Below are positions 58,471-64,000 of a DNA stretch of 64,000 nt, one piece after another. This DNA comes from an uncultured Desulfosarcina sp. (GTDB taxonomy: Bacteria > Desulfobacterota > Desulfobacteria > Desulfobacterales > Desulfosarcinaceae): NCBI GenBank assembly GCA_963674945.2, contig CAXXWQ010000002.1:544001-608000 (forward strand), in the 5' to 3' direction. Below the pieces are notes generated by a model. It did no database searches, had not been told where the DNA came from, and saw nothing but the letters and a program-made list of their open reading frames with translations. A program made the translations under genes and the position numbers. Numbering within the stretch: the first letter of the stretch is position 1; the number at the start of each line of letters is the position of its first letter.

Positions 58471-60330
58471 TCAAATATCGGTCTCGGCAACTTGCTTCTT
58501 GTCGTTTACATTCAGTGTCGCATTGCCCTGGATCCGGGCCTGGCGAATACCCTGGTCCGTCAGAAAAACACGAATCGGTTCCGGGATATCCAGCGTGGTG
58601 AACAGCCGCTGCTGCCCGGTTTGGGTTTTCACAAGGATACCGGCAACCGAAATGGTGGTGTTGTACTCGGATGGGCGTTTCGCTCCGTACCAGTAAGGAT
58701 TCAGGGTATACTCCATGCCCACAAAACCCATCAATTGCTTGATGATATCCACCGGACCGGCATCTGCATCGATCTGGAGAATTTGGAGTCCCGTCTGACG
58801 AATGGCTTTGATGGCGTCGCCGTAAAGGTCTCCGAAATCGATGAGAATTTCATTTCCTGAGCCAAAGGACAGCAGGTTGGAAAGGGCCTGGACCTGTATC
58901 CCGGCGTAGGGAAAGCTGATGCTGATGTTCGGTGAATAGGTGAACCCCATGATCCGTGAAAACGATGCGACAAATGTCTTTTGGTCACTGCCGTCGATAC
59001 GATCCACCTGAATTCGTTGTGGTGCTGCGTACTCCGGTTGTGTTGGCTGCTCACCACCGGTGAGAATATCCTTGATGAGGATGTCGTTTTGGTCCAGATA
59101 GCGCACGATGGCGCCATGGGTCTGCTGGGCAACGGACCCGATCGGTGTAATACAGGTGTGGCGTATGCTGCTGCCATCCGAGGCGGGTTTGCTGCTGATC
59201 CACTTGGCGCTCACCTGGATGGAGACACCCTGTTCTTCGAAGGCCAGCCGATCCGGGGTGCCTTTGCCGGATGCGGAGGACAATACCGCCTCCATCACTT
59301 CCGTGTACGAACCATCTTCCGGCACCTTCACAAACTGAACATCTTCCCTGAAGGAGCCGATTTCAGAGAGGTCTACATCCATGATCCGGTCTTTGGATGT
59401 CAAGATGATTTTGGATCCGTTCTCCATGTCGATCATGGGATATTGCGAAAGATCCAATTCGAAATCCTCTCCCTGCCTCGTTGGAAGAAACAGGGTCCCT
59501 TTCCTGATCAGCCGACCACCGATGGCGGCCGCCGTTTTCATTGCCGAGGCTTCGAGAGGGTTCCTCGGCTCCGAATCGGTTTCGGTCCACTGCCTTGCAG
59601 GTGGTGCCGCCGGAGCGGGGCGCGAAGCGGTCGTCTCTTCTCCCTGGGATTCAGATGGAGCCTTTTCGTCCACGATATTGCCGTCTTCATCGAAGAGACT
59701 TTCGTACCAGTTTTTTTCCCGTATGGATGGGTCGGGCATGTGGACCTTCTGGCCGGCGTAGATGCGATTGATATCTTTGATATGGGGGTTGGCCGCCAAA
59801 AACAGCTTCACCCCCTGGTTGTACAAGTTGTCGCCGTATTTTCCACCGAACCGTTTGGAAATAAGGGTGGAAACGGTGTCACCTTTCTGAACGGTGTATT
59901 CAGTTGAATGCTTTTCGATTGTCTCTTTCGTACTGGAGATCATGACAAATGGAATGGAGACGATGCCCGTGTCCTGACCGGGGAGGTTGCCCGGCGCCAA
60001 TTTCTTGATGGGAATGTCCACCACTTGCCCGGGTCGAATCCGGTCGATATCTTTTACATGCGGGTTGAGACGTTCAAAAATGCCGAGAAATTCCCTGAAG
60101 TCCTCGTGGGCGATTTCGCCTTTTTGCCGAAAGATTTTCAACACCCAATCACCGGCCTCGACCCGGTACGGGTCGCACAGAATGTCCCAACCCCGGTCGT
60201 ACCGGACCACGTAGTTTTTGTAGAGCATGGCGCCATTGACAACGACGGCGCCAAGCAAAATGGCAAGGATCGGGAAAAGGAAAAAAAGAGTTCGGATGAG
60301 TCGCGGATGGAAAGAATTGGGAAAAATCAT
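58471..60330 (-). CDS. Membrane-anchored protein with two LysM domains
   Basis: N-terminal TM; YRVEAGD...LNPHVKDIDRIRPGQVVDIP and YTVQKGDT...ANPHIKDINRIYAGQKVHMP; ATGA overlap with the thrC stop. Confidence 0.85.
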   Translation of the reverse strand: MIFPNSFHPRLIRTLFFLFPILAILLGAVVVNGAMLYKNYVVRYDRGWDILCDPYRVEAGDWVLKIFRQKGEIAHEDFREFLGIFERLNPHVKDIDRIRPGQVVDIPIKKLAPGNLPGQDTGIVSIPFVMISSTKETIEKHSTEYTVQKGDTVSTLISKRFGGKYGDNLYNQGVKLFLAANPHIKDINRIYAGQKVHMPDPSIREKNWYESLFDEDGNIVDEKAPSESQGEETTASRPAPAAPPARQWTETDSEPRNPLEASAMKTAAAIGGRLIRKGTLFLPTRQGEDFELDLSQYPMIDMENGSKIILTSKDRIMDVDLSEIGSFREDVQFVKVPEDGSYTEVMEAVLSSASGKGTPDRLAFEEQGVSIQVSAKWISSKPASDGSSIRHTCITPIGSVAQQTHGAIVRYLDQNDILIKDILTGGEQPTQPEYAAPQRIQVDRIDGSDQKTFVASFSRIMGFTYSPNISISFPYAGIQVQALSNLLSFGSGNEILIDFGDLYGDAIKAIRQTGLQILQIDADAGPVDIIKQLMGFVGMEYTLNPYWYGAKRPSEYNTTISVAGILVKTQTGQQRLFTTLDIPEPIRVFLTDQGIRQARIQGNATLNVNDKKQVAETDI

Positions 60331-61832
60331 TTTTTTCTCTTTAGCTTTAGGTCCGATGCGATCTCGCTGCAAACCGCTTCAACAAATTTTGAAAAATCTT
60401 CGGGATTTAGTGGCCTGCCCGGCTCCGGTACCCGTTCTAACTGTTCGGGGCGTACCAGTTTGGGAAGATTGATCAGCTGCGGGTCGGGGCGAACGGCAAA
60501 TTCATCGGGAAAGTCATTTTGAAAGTACATGTCCTGGAAACCCGAGAACTTGAGGGCATGGGCCGTGGAGTCCACGATGGCCGTTTCGCTTGGGGACACG
60601 AAACCTTTTTCCACGGCCGAATGCAGTCCGGCCAAAGACTCGCCGCCGTGGGTACATGCGATGTGGCCGTTTCGATTCGCCGTCAACTGCCAGTCCATGA
60701 TCGCCTGTTCGACCACCTCGACGAAGAAAACGCGCTGGCACCCGGCCGTCTGGTTGTATTGATCCACCAGATGCATCACACGGGGCATGGAAACCGGGTT
60801 GCCGATCATGGCGGCCTGGGCAACACTGGGTTTGACGGTCATGGGTGTAAAACGCCGCTGCGCCGAATCCGGCTCCTCATAGTATCGGACCACCGGGTTG
60901 GCATGAACGGATTGTACACCCAATATTTTGGGCAACGTGTCGATAACGCCGACATCGAAGAATTTAAGGAAGCCGTTCATGACGGCGGTGATGTTGCCCG
61001 CGTTGCCGATGGGGACCACCACCACCTTGTCATTCATTTCATACTCGAACTCCTGCGCGATTTCGTAGGAGTAAGACTCCTGACCCAATATCCGCCATGC
61101 GTTTTTCGAGTTGAGCAGTGCCACGTTGTACTCGTCGGACAGGCGTTCGACCACCTTCATGCAATCGTCGAATACGCCGGGAATTTCAAACACGTCTGCA
61201 CCGCTGCCCAGCGGTTGGGAGAGCTGCTGGGGGGTCACCTTTTTATGGGGCAGCAGCACCGCCGATGCGATGTGGGGTTTCAGGTACGCGGCATACAGCG
61301 CCGCCGCGGCACTGGTGTCTCCGGTGGAGGCGCAAATGGAGAGCACCCGGTCGATTACACCCCGTTGGATGAGAAAATGGATATAGCTCAAGGCACTGGC
61401 CATCCCACGATCCTTGAAGGATGCACTGGGATTCTGTCCGTCGTTTTTGAAAAAGAACCGGATGCCCGCCTTTTTTGCAAGACGTGCGTTGGCTTCCACC
61501 ACGGGCGTATGGCCTTCGCCCAGGTAAATGATGGATTCCAAGGGGATTACCGGACCGATGAATTCGTGATACCGGTAGATCCCCTTCAATGCCGGGATCT
61601 TCAACATGCGGCGATAATCGAAGATCTGTCGCCACATCTTGCCATCGATGGCCTTTAACCGGTCGAATTGTGTATCGTGGATCAAAAGTACCTGGCCGCA
61701 GTCCGGGCAGGTGTACAACAAGGACTCGATACCATGCTCGGTGCCGCACCCCAGACATCGATAGATCTGCTTTCCACCGGGTTCGGGAATCAGGTACGGT
61801 TGCACCTTTTCGGGAAATTGGTCGATTCTCAC
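60327..61832 (-). CDS. thrC: Threonine synthase
   Basis: N-terminal CxxC...Cxx[18 protein letters not shown] (PLP Lys), CASTGDTSA and VPIGNAGN. Confidence 0.93.
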   Translation of the reverse strand: MRIDQFPEKVQPYLIPEPGGKQIYRCLGCGTEHGIESLLYTCPDCGQVLLIHDTQFDRLKAIDGKMWRQIFDYRRMLKIPALKGIYRYHEFIGPVIPLESIIYLGEGHTPVVEANARLAKKAGIRFFFKNDGQNPSASFKDRGMASALSYIHFLIQRGVIDRVLSICASTGDTSAAAALYAAYLKPHIASAVLLPHKKVTPQQLSQPLGSGADVFEIPGVFDDCMKVVERLSDEYNVALLNSKNAWRILGQESYSYEIAQEFEYEMNDKVVVVPIGNAGNITAVMNGFLKFFDVGVIDTLPKILGVQSVHANPVVRYYEEPDSAQRRFTPMTVKPSVAQAAMIGNPVSMPRVMHLVDQYNQTAGCQRVFFVEVVEQAIMDWQLTANRNGHIACTHGGESLAGLHSAVEKGFVSPSETAIVDSTAHALKFSGFQDMYFQNDFPDEFAVRPDPQLINLPKLVRPEQLERVPEPGRPLNPEDFSKFVEAVCSEIASDLKLKRKK

Positions 61833-63103
61833 GGGACGATTTTCTCCATATTTTCCATATAGGGCCTAAGCGCCTTCGGGATGATCACGCTGCCGTCTTC
61901 CTGTTGGTTGTTCTCCAACAGTGCCGCGAGGGTCCGGCCGACGGCCAGCCCGCTGCCGTTTAAGGTGTGGACCAGACGCGTGCCCTTTTTCCCCTTCTCC
62001 TTACACCGGATATTGGCGCGGCGGGCCTGGAAATCTTCGAAGTTGCTGCAAGAGGAGATCTCCCGGTACACTCCCTGGGACGGCATCCATACCTCGATGT
62101 CGTAGGTTTTTGCGGCGGAGAATCCCAGATCCCCCGTGCACAAGGTGATAATCCGATAGGGAAGTTCCAGGCGTCGAAGAACGGCCTGTGCATTGTCCAG
62201 AAGGGTTTCCAGCTCATCGTAGGATGTCTCCGGGCGGGTGAACTTGACCAGCTCCACCTTATTGAATTGGTGTTGCCGGATCAGGCCCCGGGTGTCCTTT
62301 CCATAGCTGCCGGCCTCGGACCGGAAACAAGGGGTATACGCCGTATATTTGATGGGCAGTTGGGATGCGTCCAGAATTTCCGCCTGGTAGATGTTGGTCA
62401 CGGGTACTTCCGCCGTGGGAATGAGAAAATAGTCCAGTCCTTCCAGTTTGAACAGGTCCTCTTCGAATTTGGGAAGCTGGCCCGTACCGGTCATGGTTTT
62501 TCGATTGACGATGAAAGGTGGCAACACCTCTGTGTATCCATGTTCACCGGTGTGCAGATCCAGCATGAAGTTGATCAGCGCACGTTCCAGCCGAGCTCCC
62601 AATCCCAGGTAGAGGGGAAACCGTGCACCGGCGATTTTGGCGGCACGGGCAAAATCCAGAATGCCCAGACGTTCGCCGATGGTCCAGTGGGGCAGGGGGG
62701 GGGCATCGAATGTTGTTGGCGTGCCGACGGTTTTCACCACGGGATTATCCGTTTCGTCCTTTCCCACCGGTACGGTCTCATGGGGAATGTTGGGCATGGC
62801 CATGACCATTTCATCGATTGCCGATTCGCTTTCCGTCAGGGATGTTTCCAAGTCCTTTATGGTCGTGGACACCTCCCGCATGTTCGCGATGATGGACGCT
62901 GCGTTTTCTCCGGCACGCTTCATTTCGGCCACCTGTTCGGATACACGGTTGCGTTTTTGCCGGAGCGCCTCTATCTCGGAAAGCAATTCCTTGCGCCTTG
63001 CATCCCGGGCTTGAAATGCTTCCCAATCAAAGGCCGTGCCACGGTTTTTCATGGCGGTTTTGACGAGTTCCAAATTTTCTCTGATGAGCTTGATTTCCAG
63101 CAT
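61829..63103 (-). CDS. serS: Serine--tRNA ligase
   Basis: [34 protein letters not shown] and [12 protein letters not shown]; start at [10 protein letters not shown]. Confidence 0.98.
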   Translation of the reverse strand: MLEIKLIRENLELVKTAMKNRGTAFDWEAFQARDARRKELLSEIEALRQKRNRVSEQVAEMKRAGENAASIIANMREVSTTIKDLETSLTESESAIDEMVMAMPNIPHETVPVGKDETDNPVVKTVGTPTTFDAPPLPHWTIGERLGILDFARAAKIAGARFPLYLGLGARLERALINFMLDLHTGEHGYTEVLPPFIVNRKTMTGTGQLPKFEEDLFKLEGLDYFLIPTAEVPVTNIYQAEILDASQLPIKYTAYTPCFRSEAGSYGKDTRGLIRQHQFNKVELVKFTRPETSYDELETLLDNAQAVLRRLELPYRIITLCTGDLGFSAAKTYDIEVWMPSQGVYREISSCSNFEDFQARRANIRCKEKGKKGTRLVHTLNGSGLAVGRTLAALLENNQQEDGSVIIPKALRPYMENMEKIVP

Positions 63104-63233
63104 AATTGTCCTTACTATTTCACTGTCGTGTGTATCGGGGCCATGCATCGGATTGCAGGCAGCGGTGAAAATTTTCGGAAGTGGTGGGCGGCGATACGGA
63201 TAATTGGCGGCCACCGAAGGCGAAACCAGCCAA

Positions 63234-63262
63234 AATTTATCCCAAGTGGCCCAATTAGTCAA
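63234..63262 (-). promoter_or_regulatory. Putative sigma70 promoter of serS-thrC
   Basis: TTGACT-N17-TAAATT on the minus strand. Confidence 0.5.
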
Positions 63263-63433
63263 TGATTATTGCCGGTTGAACCGCGATAGAGAGACGGTCT
63301 CCCTGAAATTCCATCTTGGGACAAGACAATCGACACCCGAAATAAGACGATGCCGCCATTGAACGAAAGAGGATGCCAATCGTCGTAAGTGTGCGGGACA
63401 TTGCGGTAATATGGCAAAAACCGAAAGGTGGAA

Positions 63434-64000
63434 ATGGCAATGGATGAAGTGCGGGAAAAAAAGCAGGAAATCAGAAATGAAATGTCGACCTATGTTTGCT
63501 CACTTTCAAGTGAGGTCTGCCGGGAGAATACAGCAATCATCGAAAATCGGCTTTTTGAATTTGCCAACTTTCTCGAGTCCAAGATTGTCATGTTGTACGC
63601 GAATGCCGAGTGCGAAGTCGCAACCGACGCGATCATCAAACGGGCGTATGACTTTGGAAAAATCGTCGTGCTGCCCACCTTTGACGCCGCCAAGTTCACC
63701 ATGACGCCCATGAAGGTCGATAATCCGGAAAAGGACCTGGTTACCGGCGCGCGGGGGATACTGGAACCGGATCCGGCCAAATGCAAAACGGTTCCCTTTG
63801 ATTGCATCGATATCGCCATCATCCCCGGCATCGCCATGGATGAAAAGGGAGGGCGAATCGGCTCCGGAGAGGGCTTTTACGACCGTATGATCCCCAACTT
63901 GCCCATGACGACGCGAAAGGTGGGACTGGTGTTCGAAGGCCAGCTGGTCCCCCAGATACCCATGGAGTCCCATGATAAACACGTGGATATCATTATCACC
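63434..64000 (+). CDS. 5-formyltetrahydrofolate cyclo-ligase; runs off the window end
   Basis: Manual translation MAMDEVREKKQEIRNEM...GILEP...IIPGIAMDEKGGRIGSGEGFYDR...PMESHDKHVDIIIT; absent from the ORF track because it has no stop in the window. Confidence 0.9.
   Translation, partial: MAMDEVREKKQEIRNEMSTYVCSLSSEVCRENTAIIENRLFEFANFLESKIVMLYANAECEVATDAIIKRAYDFGKIVVLPTFDAAKFTMTPMKVDNPEKDLVTGARGILEPDPAKCKTVPFDCIDIAIIPGIAMDEKGGRIGSGEGFYDRMIPNLPMTTRKVGLVFEGQLVPQIPMESHDKHVDIIIT

Noticed and set aside
40854..63265. Long antisense ORFs (e.g. 40854-42179, 46189-47277, 48121-49362, 50392-51792, 60519-61658, 61967-63265)
   Set aside because: They lie opposite well-conserved genes, have no recognisable motifs, and are expected shadows of GC-rich codon usage.
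63104..63433. 6S RNA upstream of the 5-formyl-THF cyclo-ligase gene, or a T-box before serS
   Set aside because: I could not fold a long rod with a central bubble or find a T-box consensus; only a promoter and a small hairpin are visible.

Overview
This is a mostly core-genome window from a bacterium whose gene content and order suggest a sulfate-reducing deltaproteobacterium (Desulfobacterales-like; inference). It carries speD-speE, a TAXI-TRAP/USP transporter, an MBOAT/AlgJ-like acetylation pair, a short Rho, rlmN, the ffh-rpsP-khpA-rimM-trmD-rplS-rnhB-yraN-rsmI cluster, a class II RNR (nrdJ), an aldehyde:ferredoxin oxidoreductase, serC, hisD, HU, a split purH, the dcw cluster (mraZ to ftsZ, without murB/ddl), thrC, serS and the start of a 5-formyl-THF cyclo-ligase. 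I saw no rRNA, tRNA, CRISPR array, transposase or prophage. The most unusual signal is in the intergenic DNA. (1) Six copies of a heptamer-armed palindromic element are present. (2) A ~70-bp element without terminal inverted repeats is inserted at the same CAG|AATC position of these repeats, and both empty and filled alleles occur in the window. (3) A second family of 125-150-bp rod-like hairpins keeps its internal loops while its stems vary. (4) Tandem NrdR-type boxes overlap a promoter in front of ftsZ. (5) A four-way-junction RNA candidate lies upstream of nrdJ. All calls come from reading the sequence and recalled family motifs; no database searches were run.
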